This document shows positions 27,673-36,915 of a DNA stretch of 64,000 nucleotides, piece after piece. Numbering within the stretch: position 1 is the stretch's first letter; each line of letters starts with the position of its first letter. The position numbers and the translations under genes were made by a program. The stretch lies in the IMG/VR virus record IMGVR_UViG_3300042542_005136; one strand, 5' to 3'. The notes under the pieces are model-generated. The model was not told the DNA's origin. It searched no databases and saw only the letters and a program-made list of their open reading frames with translations. This DNA is from an uncultured virus (IMG/VR IMGVR_UViG_3300042542_005136). Taxonomy: Duplodnaviria > Heunggongvirae > Uroviricota > Caudoviricetes.

Positions 27673-28565
27673 TGGCTTATTCTGCTTGGGCTTCTAGCAC
27701 TGCTTACACGGTTGGTCAAATCGTCCGTGCGACGGCCCTGCAGGCTAGCGGCCTTGTATTTCGCTGCACAGTGGCCGGCACAAGCGCCAGCAGTCAGCCT
27801 TCTTGGCCAACTGACATTGGTAGTACCATCGTCGACGGAGGCGTCACCTGGACGGCTGTAAGTAGCGTTTACGAAGAGCTATCGGTGTTGGCACCAAATG
27901 CCATTATTGAACTGTTTCAGCTCACGCTTGATGCCACTCTCCATGGAAGCAGCGACACTTACTATTTTCATGCTGGCGTAAACGCAAGCGTTACTGGTAA
28001 CATTGTTTGGAATGGTAACGAATATGTGCGTCTGCCTATTCAAGCGGAAGGCTTTGATTATGTAAGCGGAGGCACCCTTCCCAGGCCCACCTTGACAGTC
28101 GCAAACTTGGGGGGCGAAATTAGTACATTGATTCTTTTGGCAAATGCTGTAACACCCGGCAACGATCTGGGCGGCGCAAAAATTACTCGCATTAGGACAT
28201 TAAAAAAGTTTCTTGACGGAGAAGCGACCGCCGACCCCCATGCAAAATTTCCCGATGAAATTTGGTATGTTGATCGCAAGTCTTCAGAAAATCGCGATGT
28301 AGTGCAATGGGAGCTGGCGAGCAAGTTGGATATGGCAGGCATGATGATTCCAAAGCGTCAATTGATCGCTAATATTTGCCAATGGCAATACCGCTCCGCC
28401 GAATGCGGCTATACAGGAAGCAACTATTGGAATGCAAGTGACAACCCTGTGGGCACTTTAGCCCTTGATGCTTGCGGTAAAAGACTGAGTTCGTGCAAGC
28501 TTAGATTTGGGGCCACTTCGCCATTGCCGTTCGGGTCTTATCCGGGCGCGGGGTTGATCGAGTAA
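27672..28565 (+). CDS. Minor tail protein L (lambda gpL-like) with an extra N-terminal module
   Basis: IELFQL, PRPTLTVAN, CQWQYRSAECGY, CGKRLSSCKLRF, PFGSYPG. Confidence 0.88.
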   Translation: MAYSAWASSTAYTVGQIVRATALQASGLVFRCTVAGTSASSQPSWPTDIGSTIVDGGVTWTAVSSVYEELSVLAPNAIIELFQLTLDATLHGSSDTYYFHAGVNASVTGNIVWNGNEYVRLPIQAEGFDYVSGGTLPRPTLTVANLGGEISTLILLANAVTPGNDLGGAKITRIRTLKKFLDGEATADPHAKFPDEIWYVDRKSSENRDVVQWELASKLDMAGMMIPKRQLIANICQWQYRSAECGYTGSNYWNASDNPVGTLALDACGKRLSSCKLRFGATSPLPFGSYPGAGLIE

Positions 28566-28569
28566 GGAA

Positions 28570-29289
28570 ATGGAAATGAAGCTAAGTGCCGCTTTGCAAG
28601 CTGATATCTTACGGCACGCCAAGATTTGCGACCCGAAGGAATCGTGTGGACTAATTCACGTTGTCAAGGGGCGTCGTCGATACTTTCCTTGCACAAATAT
28701 TGCCGCCACTCCCGACGAACATTTTGTTCTGGATCCTGATGACTACGCTATTGCGGAAGATCTGGGAGAGATTATTGCAGTGATACATAGCCATCCAATT
28801 AGCCGCCCCCAGCCATCAGTCGCAGACCAGATTGGCTGCAACAAAACTGGTCTTCCGTGGATAATAGTCAACCCCAAGACTGAAGAATGGGGCGGTTGCG
28901 AGCCAAGGGATTTTGACCTACCCTATGTCGGTCGTGAATTTGTCTTTGGTGTTGTTGATTGCTATGCATTAGTGCGTGATTGGTACAGGCGAGAGCTTGG
29001 CATTGAACTGGCTGATTTTGAACGTCGCGATGGCTTTTGGGAGAGAGGGGAAAATCTTTACGTTGACGGATATAAGAGTCAGGGGTTTCGTCAAATTGCC
29101 TTTGAAGATTTGCAATACGGTGATGGAATTTTAATGCAGCTTGGCGCTGATCTCCCTAACCATGGCGCTATCTATCTTGGCGATCAGCAAATTCTGCACC
29201 ACGTCCAAGGAAGACTATCCAGCAGGGACGTTTATGGTGGCTATTATGTAAAGAATACTGCCATGGTCTTGCGGCATGAAAGTCGTTAA
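28570..29289 (+). CDS. Tail assembly protein K (JAB + NlpC/P60)
   Basis: ESCG, HSHP..PSVAD, DCYALVRDWY, NHGAIY, ILHH. Confidence 0.9.
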   Translation: MEMKLSAALQADILRHAKICDPKESCGLIHVVKGRRRYFPCTNIAATPDEHFVLDPDDYAIAEDLGEIIAVIHSHPISRPQPSVADQIGCNKTGLPWIIVNPKTEEWGGCEPRDFDLPYVGREFVFGVVDCYALVRDWYRRELGIELADFERRDGFWERGENLYVDGYKSQGFRQIAFEDLQYGDGILMQLGADLPNHGAIYLGDQQILHHVQGRLSSRDVYGGYYVKNTAMVLRHESR

Positions 29290-29908
29290 GGTGTATGGCG
29301 CTCTCCGCAAGAAGCTCGGGCAGTGCCGGTTTGAGTTTGACGTTGACACACCTGCTCAAGCAATCAAGGCGTTGTGTATCAACTTCCCAGGGCTTGAACA
29401 ATGGTTGATCAATGAAGAAGCGGCAGGCGCTGGTTTTCGCATTGGACTTGGCAAGGACAAAATTACAAAACAAAACCCCGAAGGTTTGGTTTTACCATGG
29501 TCGGAAAGGGAAGTTTTTAGCATCACTCCCGTAGTTATTGGAGCTGGTCAAGGTGTTGGGCAAATTTTTGCGGGCATTGGCTTGATTGCTCTTTCTATTT
29601 TGGTGCCAGGACTTGGGGGTGGCGTTGCTGCTGCTACTATTTTTGGTACGCCATTTACTGCACTTTCTCTAGGTATTGGCCTCACTGGCGCAAGTCTTTT
29701 GCTGACAGGCGTGTCAACTTTAATCTCGCCTCAACAAAGCATGGGCGGCTTTACTTCTGGACGGGAAGCGGCGCGGTTGGAGAGCTTCAGTTTCTCAGGC
29801 ATTGTCAACACATCCAAGCAAGGATTGCCAGTACCAGTGGCCTATGGCCGTCTTTTCGTGGGCTCTGCGGTGATTAGCAGCGGCCTTGATGTAAATCAAA
29901 CAGCATGA
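29276..29908 (+). CDS. Tail assembly protein I (lambda gpI-like)
   Basis: VYGALRKKLG, PVVIGAG, QGLPVPVAYG..VGSAVIS. Confidence 0.88.
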   Translation: MKVVKVYGALRKKLGQCRFEFDVDTPAQAIKALCINFPGLEQWLINEEAAGAGFRIGLGKDKITKQNPEGLVLPWSEREVFSITPVVIGAGQGVGQIFAGIGLIALSILVPGLGGGVAAATIFGTPFTALSLGIGLTGASLLLTGVSTLISPQQSMGGFTSGREAARLESFSFSGIVNTSKQGLPVPVAYGRLFVGSAVISSGLDVNQTA

Positions 29909-32900
29909 CCTATTCCATAGTCAGAGGTGCAGGTGGTGGCGGCGGTGGTAGCGGCTGTTTTCCGGGGCATACGCTTGTCAGCGTACCTGGTGGTCAACGT
30001 CGCATTGACTCATTAGAGCCTGGTGACGTAGTTTTAAGCTTTGATGATCAAGGGCGAATTATTCCGGCTCAGATCCTTAAGCTTCACGTTCACGAAGATC
30101 AACTTGTCAATCGCTACCATTTTTGGGGCGGCAATTACCTAGACGCCACTCCTAACCATTGGGTGTTAAACCAATTCAACGCCTTTGTTTGTATTGACAC
30201 GCTTGGAGCAGATGATTGTTTGGTCGACGGATTGGGGCACTTGCGTCCAATTTTGCACAAAGAAAAACTCCAAGCAACCACTGTTTACAACTTAACGGTT
30301 GAAGGGCAGCATACTTTCATTGCGGATAATATTCGCGTGCATAACGCTGGCCTCGGCGCGACCATCGCAGGCGCTGGTGGCGGCGGAGGCGGCGGTAAGG
30401 GCGGCGGTGGCTCGCAAAGCGTGCCCACCGAAGCAGATGATTCGCTGCAGTCTGTTCAATATGCCAGCGTTCTTGATTTACTCTGCGAAGGCGAGATTCA
30501 AGGGCTGGACGATGGCCTGAAGAGCGTCTACCTTGATGGCACCCCAATCCTCGGCCCTAGCGGAGGAAGCAATTTTACTGGCTATACCACCGACTTCCGC
30601 GCTGGCACTCAAGCTCAGTCATACATAGCGGCCACGAATGGCACGGAGTCTGAGAATGGTGTGAATGTTGAAGTGACTAATGCCACGCCAGTCGTCAGGA
30701 CCGTCACCGATACAGACGTGGATCGCGTGAGGGTGACCATTCAACTGCCAGCGTTGCAAATTATTGAAGACGATGGCGATATCATTGGTCACTCTGTGCG
30801 CGTTCAAGTGCAAGTGCAATACAACGGTGGCGGTTACACCACTGTTGTTGACGATACGATTAGTGGTAAAACGACCAATAGCTATCAGCGCGATTATTTA
30901 CTAACCCTTAGCGGTAGTTTTCCCGTGGATATTCGCTTGGTGCGTGTGTCTGCCGACGAAAGCAGCGCTCGGCGCCAAAATCGCACCTTTTGGTTTAGTT
31001 ATACAGAAATTCTTGACGAAAAACTACGCTACCCAAACTCGGCATTATCATTTCTTCGGTTTGATTCGCGACAATTTGATAATATTCCTACGCGCAAATA
31101 TTTAATTCGTGGTATGAAGGTAAGACTGCCTTCTAATGCCACTGTTGATACCAGCGTTTACAAAGGACGTGTCACATATGCCGGTGTGTGGAACGGTACA
31201 TTTGGGGCTGCTACTTGGTGCGCCGATCCTGCATGGTGCCTGTGGGACTTAATGACCAACACTCGCTATGGGGCGTCCATTCCCGAAGCGACGCTGGACA
31301 AGTTTGATTTTTATGCCATCAGTCAATATTGCAACGAGCTGGTTAGTAATGGCTTTGGCGGGTTGGAGCCCCGGTTCCAGTGCCATATGCTTTTGAATAA
31401 TCGCGATGAAATTTACAATGTTATTCAAGAATTTGTTTCACTTTTTCGCGGCATTGCTTACTATGGCGCGGGCTCAATGGTTGTGTTACAGGATAAGCCT
31501 GCATCGTCTCAATATCTTCTAGGACCAAGCAATGTAATTGACGGCAACTTTAGCTACTCAGGCAGTTCGCAAAAAGCCCGACACACCACAGCCACTGTCG
31601 GCTATCAAACTTACGAAAGCCTTGGGGAGGTGCAGTTTGAATATGTAGAAGATGCGGATGCTGTGTCGAAATATGGTGTGATCAATAAAGAAATCAAGGC
31701 TATGGGCTGTTATAGCAGGGGGCAGGCGCATCGTCTTGGTAAATGGTCGCTGTTGGCAGAACAAAACCTCACGGAAACAGTGAGCTTTTCTGTTGCCATT
31801 GATAGCGGTATTATTCTTCGCCCTGGCATGGTTATTGACATTGCTGATCCAGTCAAGGCAGGTAGTCGACGTTCTGGCCGCATCAGCAGTGCCACTACTA
31901 CTGCCATCACAGTCGATTCCATTGTTGGACTGCCAACCACGACAGCCAACTCTCCGACCATAAGCGTGCTCTTGCCCACGGGCCTCGTGGAGACACGCTC
32001 CGTCAGTGGCATTGCCAGCAATGTTTTTACGGTGAGCAGCGCATTTAGCGAAGCTCCCAATGCGCAAAGCGTTTTCCTGCTGCAGACGACTGATGTTCAA
32101 TCCAATCAGTTTCGCGTGTTGTCAGTAACGGAAGGTGATGACGGAGCATTCAGCGTGACGGCTCTTACTTACAACAACAGCATTTATGCGGCAATTGAGA
32201 GCGATTTGTCGCTCCAGTTCCGTGATATAAGCAATTTATCAGCCATTCCTGATGCACCATCGAACATTCAAGCGACCGAGCATTTATACGAAGACGGTCA
32301 AAGCGTTCTTACTGCCGTAGAGCTGAGTTGGATTAGTCCAGTACAGCGCGTTGCTGGCTTCCGTGTTGAATATCGCATTGATAACAATAACTGGACGCAA
32401 ATCAATACTTCTTCTCCATCGACGCGACTAACTGGCCTTCGGGCTGGCACTCTTTACGTTCAAATTCGCAGTGTTAACAGTCTTAACAAGTTGAGCGTGG
32501 CATCTACTGCGCAATTTACGCTCGTGGGCAAGACTGCGCCTCCAGGCAATGTTCAAGACCTAACCATTGAACCAATTAGCGCAAACAGTGCTCGACTGCG
32601 CTGGGCTCAAACCGTTGATCTCGATGTAAAAGTCGGAGGACGAGTGCATATTCGTCATACCAATCTCGCTGACGGCACTGGCACATGGAGCAACAGTGTC
32701 GACTTGATTCCAGCTAAATCAGGTGCTTCCACTGAAGCCATCGTGCCGTTGGTCGAAGGAGAAATCCTCGTTAAGTTTGAAGACGATGGGGGAAGGCAGA
32801 GCCCGCAAGAAGCTAGCGTTATTGTTGATTTTCCCGATGCTATTGGTGCGTTAATTATCCAGCAAAGGAGAGAAGATCAGGATGTGCCTCCTTTTCAGGG

Positions 32901-33660
32901 TGCCAAAACAAATGTCCTTTACAGCGAAGATCTTGACGCTCTTGCTCTCGACGCAGATGGTTTATTTGACGACATTGTAGATTTTGACGCCATTGCAACT
33001 TTGGACTTTTACGGAGCTATAGAGTCCTCCGGCGAATATACTTTTGCAAGCACAATTGATCTCGGTGCAGTTTTCTCTCTAGATCTTCGCCGCTATTTTG
33101 TTACTCGTGGTTTCTTCCCGAGCGATTTACTCGACAGCCGTACTGGCGATGTCGATGCTTGGTCCGATTGGGATGGAGGAGTGATTGATGGCGTCAATGC
33201 AAGGTTGTATTTACGCAGAACGCCTGACGATCCGAGTGGCACGCCTGCTTGGTCTGGCTGGCAAGAATTTGTCAACGGCACGTTTCTGGGGCGAGCCTTT
33301 CAATTCAAGGCGGAACTGACCAGTAACGATCCGGCAGAGAGCATTCTTGTTGACGAGCTTGGCTACGATGCGACATTTCAACGCCGCACCGAGCAGTCTG
33401 TTGGAGCTGTTAGCAGTGGTGCCGGGACGAAAACAGTCAATTTCGACAAGGCGTTCTTTACTGGCGTCACTGGCCTTGGAGGCAGCAACGCTTACTTACC
33501 GAGCATTGGCATTGTCGCGCAGGACATGAACACTGGAGATTATTTCCGCGTGACTAGCGTCACTAACGCTTCTTTTAATGTGACTTTCTACAACAGTAGT
33601 AACGTCGCAGTGAGCAGGCAGTTCCTTTGGTCGGCCATAGGATATGGAAAAGGCGCTTAA
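29905..33660 (+). CDS. Tail tip / host specificity protein J with an N-terminal Hint domain
   Basis: DLLCEGEIQG, YPNSA, DPAWCLWD, YCNELV..G.GGLEPRF, FN3-like repeats. Confidence 0.9.
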   Translation: MTYSIVRGAGGGGGGSGCFPGHTLVSVPGGQRRIDSLEPGDVVLSFDDQGRIIPAQILKLHVHEDQLVNRYHFWGGNYLDATPNHWVLNQFNAFVCIDTLGADDCLVDGLGHLRPILHKEKLQATTVYNLTVEGQHTFIADNIRVHNAGLGATIAGAGGGGGGGKGGGGSQSVPTEADDSLQSVQYASVLDLLCEGEIQGLDDGLKSVYLDGTPILGPSGGSNFTGYTTDFRAGTQAQSYIAATNGTESENGVNVEVTNATPVVRTVTDTDVDRVRVTIQLPALQIIEDDGDIIGHSVRVQVQVQYNGGGYTTVVDDTISGKTTNSYQRDYLLTLSGSFPVDIRLVRVSADESSARRQNRTFWFSYTEILDEKLRYPNSALSFLRFDSRQFDNIPTRKYLIRGMKVRLPSNATVDTSVYKGRVTYAGVWNGTFGAATWCADPAWCLWDLMTNTRYGASIPEATLDKFDFYAISQYCNELVSNGFGGLEPRFQCHMLLNNRDEIYNVIQEFVSLFRGIAYYGAGSMVVLQDKPASSQYLLGPSNVIDGNFSYSGSSQKARHTTATVGYQTYESLGEVQFEYVEDADAVSKYGVINKEIKAMGCYSRGQAHRLGKWSLLAEQNLTETVSFSVAIDSGIILRPGMVIDIADPVKAGSRRSGRISSATTTAITVDSIVGLPTTTANSPTISVLLPTGLVETRSVSGIASNVFTVSSAFSEAPNAQSVFLLQTTDVQSNQFRVLSVTEGDDGAFSVTALTYNNSIYAAIESDLSLQFRDISNLSAIPDAPSNIQATEHLYEDGQSVLTAVELSWISPVQRVAGFRVEYRIDNNNWTQINTSSPSTRLTGLRAGTLYVQIRSVNSLNKLSVASTAQFTLVGKTAPPGNVQDLTIEPISANSARLRWAQTVDLDVKVGGRVHIRHTNLADGTGTWSNSVDLIPAKSGASTEAIVPLVEGEILVKFEDDGGRQSPQEASVIVDFPDAIGALIIQQRREDQDVPPFQGAKTNVLYSEDLDALALDADGLFDDIVDFDAIATLDFYGAIESSGEYTFASTIDLGAVFSLDLRRYFVTRGFFPSDLLDSRTGDVDAWSDWDGGVIDGVNARLYLRRTPDDPSGTPAWSGWQEFVNGTFLGRAFQFKAELTSNDPAESILVDELGYDATFQRRTEQSVGAVSSGAGTKTVNFDKAFFTGVTGLGGSNAYLPSIGIVAQDMNTGDYFRVTSVTNASFNVTFYNSSNVAVSRQFLWSAIGYGKGA
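29956..30345 (+). other. Hint (intein-like/BIL) autoprocessing domain, 130 aa, inside gpJ
   Basis: Block A CFPGHTLV, block B ATPNHWV, blocks F/G VYNLTVEGQHTFIADNIRVHN; +1 residue is Ala. Confidence 0.88.
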
Positions 33661-33685
33661 AATAGTAGGAAATTCTTTGTAAATT

Positions 33686-35170
33686 GTGGCACAACACGAC
33701 TATTCGATCGCTAACGGAAGCGGCGCCGCCGTTCGTAGCGACTTAAACAATGCGCTTTCTGCCATTGTTAGTCAAAACAGCGGCACGACAGAGCCCACCA
33801 CCACCTACGCCTACATGCGCTGGGCCGATACCACGGCTGGCGTCATGAAGATGCGTAACGGCGCCAATAATGCCTGGATCACCCTTTACCAACTCGATGG
33901 CGAGTGGAGCACCATCGCCTTTGAGAACGGCAGCGCTTCCGCTCCATCCATCTACTTCAAGGACAGCGGCACCGATACCGGCATCTACAGCCCTGGCACT
34001 GATCAGGTGGCCATCAGCACGGGCGGCACCGGGCGCCTGTTTGTTGACTCCAGTGGTCGGGTAGGTCTGGGGACTAGTAGCCCTAGTTTTGCAGCACACA
34101 TCAGTTCCGCAAAGAATACAAGCCAGCTATTTATTGGCATCACTGGGCTGAGTTCCGTTGACGACTACGCGCAAATTGGACTTGGCAGCGGCTCAACTCC
34201 TTATGGTCTTGTACGACTTGGTTTTGATAATCCAGCAGGTGTCACCAATACATACTTAAGCTTCTATAACAACAATGGTTCAAGTAATGTTGAGCGCCTT
34301 CGTATAGACTCTTCAGGCCGCGTAGGGATTGGCACTACGACGGTTAGCTCTGCCCTCCACGTCATCGGAGACCAAATCCGTTTTAGCAATAGTTCAAACG
34401 CTTCATTCTATGGAACTATTACTCACGACGCAAATTCCACAGGCGCAAATATCTATAATTCTGTAGACAGCGGTCCTGGTCATATTTTTCAAAGAAACGG
34501 AACTGAGCAATTGCGGATTGATGCCAGTTCTAGGCTTTTAGTTGGCACGTCTTCTAGCGTTAGTTCAACCGCACTTATACAGGCTTACAAACCAAGCGGA
34601 GAGTTGCAGTGCGTTGTAAATTCTGGAAGCCTTGGCAACGCTGAGGGAGTAGTTTTTACCGCAAATGCTGGCGGAAGGCTTTCTCAGTTTGGAGCCTATA
34701 AGCACTCGGGGATTACCAATCCCTGCTCTTATTATTATCTTGAGCAACAAAATGGAGCTGGTCAAGTCTTTTGGGTTGATGATTCAGGTAATTTTAGACT
34801 TAGTACTAGCGGCGGCAACATCGGCACCACAGGCGGCACCGTCGTCGGCACACAAACATCTGACGAACGACTCAAGAACATTCTTGGGCCCGTCACATAC
34901 GGTTTGGGCACGCTCAAGCAGATCGAGCCAGTCCGTTACACGCTAAAGTCACAGCCCGACATCGAACAGCTTGGCTTTATCGCCCAGCAGGTGCAGCCAT
35001 TGGTCCCTCAGTCGGTGTTTGACACTAAGGAACACATTGAAGGCGAGCCCGAGGATGCACCGACCAAGCTCGGCATGGAGTACGTCGCGCTGATTCCAGT
35101 GCTGGTGAACGCTGTTAAAGAGCTATCGGCTGAGGTTGACGCATTGAAAGCACAACTCCAAGCCTTGTAG
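33686..35170 (+). CDS. Tail fibre with C-terminal intramolecular chaperone (peptidase S74-like)
   Basis: Repeated (L/F)xxDSSGRVGxGT modules; SDERLKNI, GFIAQQV, LIPVLVNAVKEL coiled coil. Confidence 0.88.
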   Translation: MAQHDYSIANGSGAAVRSDLNNALSAIVSQNSGTTEPTTTYAYMRWADTTAGVMKMRNGANNAWITLYQLDGEWSTIAFENGSASAPSIYFKDSGTDTGIYSPGTDQVAISTGGTGRLFVDSSGRVGLGTSSPSFAAHISSAKNTSQLFIGITGLSSVDDYAQIGLGSGSTPYGLVRLGFDNPAGVTNTYLSFYNNNGSSNVERLRIDSSGRVGIGTTTVSSALHVIGDQIRFSNSSNASFYGTITHDANSTGANIYNSVDSGPGHIFQRNGTEQLRIDASSRLLVGTSSSVSSTALIQAYKPSGELQCVVNSGSLGNAEGVVFTANAGGRLSQFGAYKHSGITNPCSYYYLEQQNGAGQVFWVDDSGNFRLSTSGGNIGTTGGTVVGTQTSDERLKNILGPVTYGLGTLKQIEPVRYTLKSQPDIEQLGFIAQQVQPLVPQSVFDTKEHIEGEPEDAPTKLGMEYVALIPVLVNAVKELSAEVDALKAQLQAL

Positions 35171-35382
35171 TCCTACTCTCTGCGAAGGCTGGCTCAACTA
35201 TCTGGAAATCCCGGATGGTTGGGCTTGGCATTAAAAAGGGGCAGGATGTCACCCCTGCCCCTATGCAACGGGATATCACCTCCGTTGCGGTGCCTTGTCA
35301 GCCGAAGCACTGTAGCACATGGTAGTGTGGTGGGGCAGCGAGTTTGCGGCTCCTGCCCCCTGGCCACGATTCCCTAGAAACC

Positions 35383-35748
35383 ATGACCCAACAAGATTAC
35401 AGGCACCCCATCACCCCACCTCCGGAGCTGGTGCAGCAGTGGTGGGACGACTTCAACGGTGCCTTTTACGAGTTTAAAGCAATCACCACCAAGGTCTTCC
35501 AAGCTGGCGCAGACCAGGAGCTGGAGGCGTGCTGTGAGTGGATTAAGAATTATCCATGGGCAGAACACGTTAATCGCCACTTGCTTATTGAAGCCTTTCG
35601 TTCCGCCCGCCGCCCCAGGCCGCCGAGCTTGAAGGAGCAGGCGCTGGAAACGTTGCAAAGGCTGTCCAAAGATGGATACCCCTGCAACTATCAAGAAGAT
35701 TCTGATTGGGACACCATCCGCTGCGCACTGGAGCAACTCGATGACTGA
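35383..35748 (+). CDS. Paralog family A protein (HPITPPPEL / GADQELEAC / RRPxPPSLKEQA / TIRxALEQLDD)
   Basis: Shares four blocks with 53062..53406 and three with 52119..52400. Confidence 0.8.
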   Translation: MTQQDYRHPITPPPELVQQWWDDFNGAFYEFKAITTKVFQAGADQELEACCEWIKNYPWAEHVNRHLLIEAFRSARRPRPPSLKEQALETLQRLSKDGYPCNYQEDSDWDTIRCALEQLDD

Positions 35749-35992
35749 CATCACCATCCCCGAAGGCAGCCCATTTGCTCACTTTGGCGGGACAGTTTGG
35801 CCTATTCCAGGTAGCCGACTGCGCGACCTAGAGCACACGCTTAGGTATGCGCAGAAGGGCCATATCTTCAACATGCAAGACCGACTCCTCGCTGCTTCCG
35901 TCATAAACGCTTACATCGAGCTTGTCTGGCAAACGCAGGAGGGTCGCAATGAAATCGCTGCCAACTTGTTTACCGCTGCCCAAAATGACTAA
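35741..35992 (+). CDS. Hypothetical protein
   Basis: Starts in the ATGACTGA overlap of the upstream gene (MTDITIPEG...). Confidence 0.7.
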   Translation: MTDITIPEGSPFAHFGGTVWPIPGSRLRDLEHTLRYAQKGHIFNMQDRLLAASVINAYIELVWQTQEGRNEIAANLFTAAQND

Positions 35993-36137
35993 CCCCAGCA
36001 CCACCGACTTCCGAGCGCTGTGCGCTGAGCTGCTTTGCAGCCTGGAACAGTATCCGGTGCAACCTCCCAGGGACCGCGACTTGATTGACCGCGCCCGAGC
36101 TGCTCTGGCCCAGCCCGAGCCGCAGCAAAAGGTCTAG
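35985..36137 (+). CDS. Paralog family B protein (TDFRALCAEL...RARAALAQPEP)
   Basis: ATGACTAA overlap; motif shared with 52578..53069. Confidence 0.7.
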   Translation: MTNPSTTDFRALCAELLCSLEQYPVQPPRDRDLIDRARAALAQPEPQQKV

Positions 36138-36139
36138 CA

Positions 36140-36229
36140 ATGACAATCTTGATCCTGTTTACTTGGGCTGCAGGCTTTATAACGGGATTGGTAGCTGGAC
36201 GCGCCATCACCATCCACTGGTTCAAGTAG
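36140..36229 (+). CDS. Small membrane peptide (29 aa)
   Basis: MTILILFTWAAGFITGLVAGRAITIHWFK; its stop TAG is part of the 36227 site. Confidence 0.5.
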   Translation: MTILILFTWAAGFITGLVAGRAITIHWFK

Positions 36230-36243
36230 TCATTCCCATTAAA

Positions 36244-36495
36244 ATGTCTGAACCAGAACAGATTCGCCGAGTAATTTCCCTGTCGGCATCGACTTATTAC
36301 TACACCGATTTCTTGAAGGAAGTTGAGGAGGAGATCCAGAAAAAAGCATTTCTTGTCAATGCTGGTCTGGATAAATTCTCCAAGGCAGAAATTTTTGCTT
36401 ACTGGGCTCTACACGCAAATGGCTATTTCTTTGTTGAGCCAGAACAAGCGAATCACGATCTTCCGGACCAAGCAGCCATTGCCAAACCCTCGTAG
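36244..36495 (+). CDS. Hypothetical protein (cassette-like)
   Basis: Bounded by the 36227 and 36493 sites. Confidence 0.65.
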   Translation: MSEPEQIRRVISLSASTYYYTDFLKEVEEEIQKKAFLVNAGLDKFSKAEIFAYWALHANGYFFVEPEQANHDLPDQAAIAKPS

Positions 36496-36513
36496 TCACC
36501 TTCTTTAATCACC

Positions 36514-36696
36514 ATGAACGCTGAAAACAAACGGTTTATTAAACAGTTCGTGATGGATCGCCTCTGGAGCGATACCGAAAAGCTTCGTCTTGATCTCAGT
36601 AATTACGCTAGTACTCGTGGCGTTGATGAGCTTGAAGCGATGGAAGAGTACGAGTATCAAGTTGAGCGTATTCAAAAGATGCTTGCCTGTTTTTAG
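36514..36696 (+). CDS. Hypothetical protein
   Basis: 60 aa; KRFIKQFVMDRL...EEYEYQVERIQK resembles 53406..53657 (KQIVRTFMLDKM...ECFDYEAYRIEK). Confidence 0.65.
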   Translation: MNAENKRFIKQFVMDRLWSDTEKLRLDLSNYASTRGVDELEAMEEYEYQVERIQKMLACF

Positions 36697-36698
36697 TT

Positions 36699-36866
36699 AT
36701 GCACGATAATCAAATTACCTGGCAAGGGGAACCACTTGATGATGAAGATGAAAACGATATACATTTTAAAAAGTGTATAGAAATCATTAACAACTTTAAG
36801 CCTGGTGAGCTGGAACAGTTAATGGGAAAAGAGTTTATGGAAGAATTTAAACGCATCTCGGCTTGA
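36699..36866 (+). CDS. Hypothetical protein (55 aa, not in ORF track)
   Basis: MHDNQITWQGEPLDDEDENDIHFKKCIEIINNF... Confidence 0.55.
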   Translation: MHDNQITWQGEPLDDEDENDIHFKKCIEIINNFKPGELEQLMGKEFMEEFKRISA

Positions 36867-36891
36867 CAGCATCTTTCTGGGCGAGTAGTGT
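36863..36891 (+). promoter_or_regulatory. Sigma70-type promoter of the recombinase
   Basis: TTGACA-N17-TAGTGT, 24 nt before the ATG. Confidence 0.65.
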
Positions 36892-36915
36892 AACCGTCTT
36901 CACTCACTTCAGATC

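Larger units (their letters stand above)
34062..36507 (+). repeat. Six dispersed 15-bp TAG(G/T)-N7-(A/T)(C/T)TN sites (putative recombinase core sites)
   Basis: 34062 TAGG-tctgggg-ACTA; 34323 TAGG-gattggc-ACTA; 34539 TAGT-tggcacg-TCTT; 35168 TAGT-cctactc-TCTG; 36227 TAGT-cattccc-ATTA; 36493 TAGT-caccttc-TTTA. Confidence 0.55.

Noticed and set aside
29956..30345. Canonical splicing intein or mobile element
   Set aside because: The +1 residue is Ala and there is no homing endonuclease domain.
34795..34808. Extra recombination site TAGA-cttagt-ACTA near a composition shift in the fibre gene
   Set aside because: The spacer is 6 bp rather than 7, so it was not counted, though it is worth including in an alignment.
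36694..36708. Site TAGT-tatgcac-GATA at a gene boundary
   Set aside because: The right half matches poorly and may just be a stop codon followed by a start.
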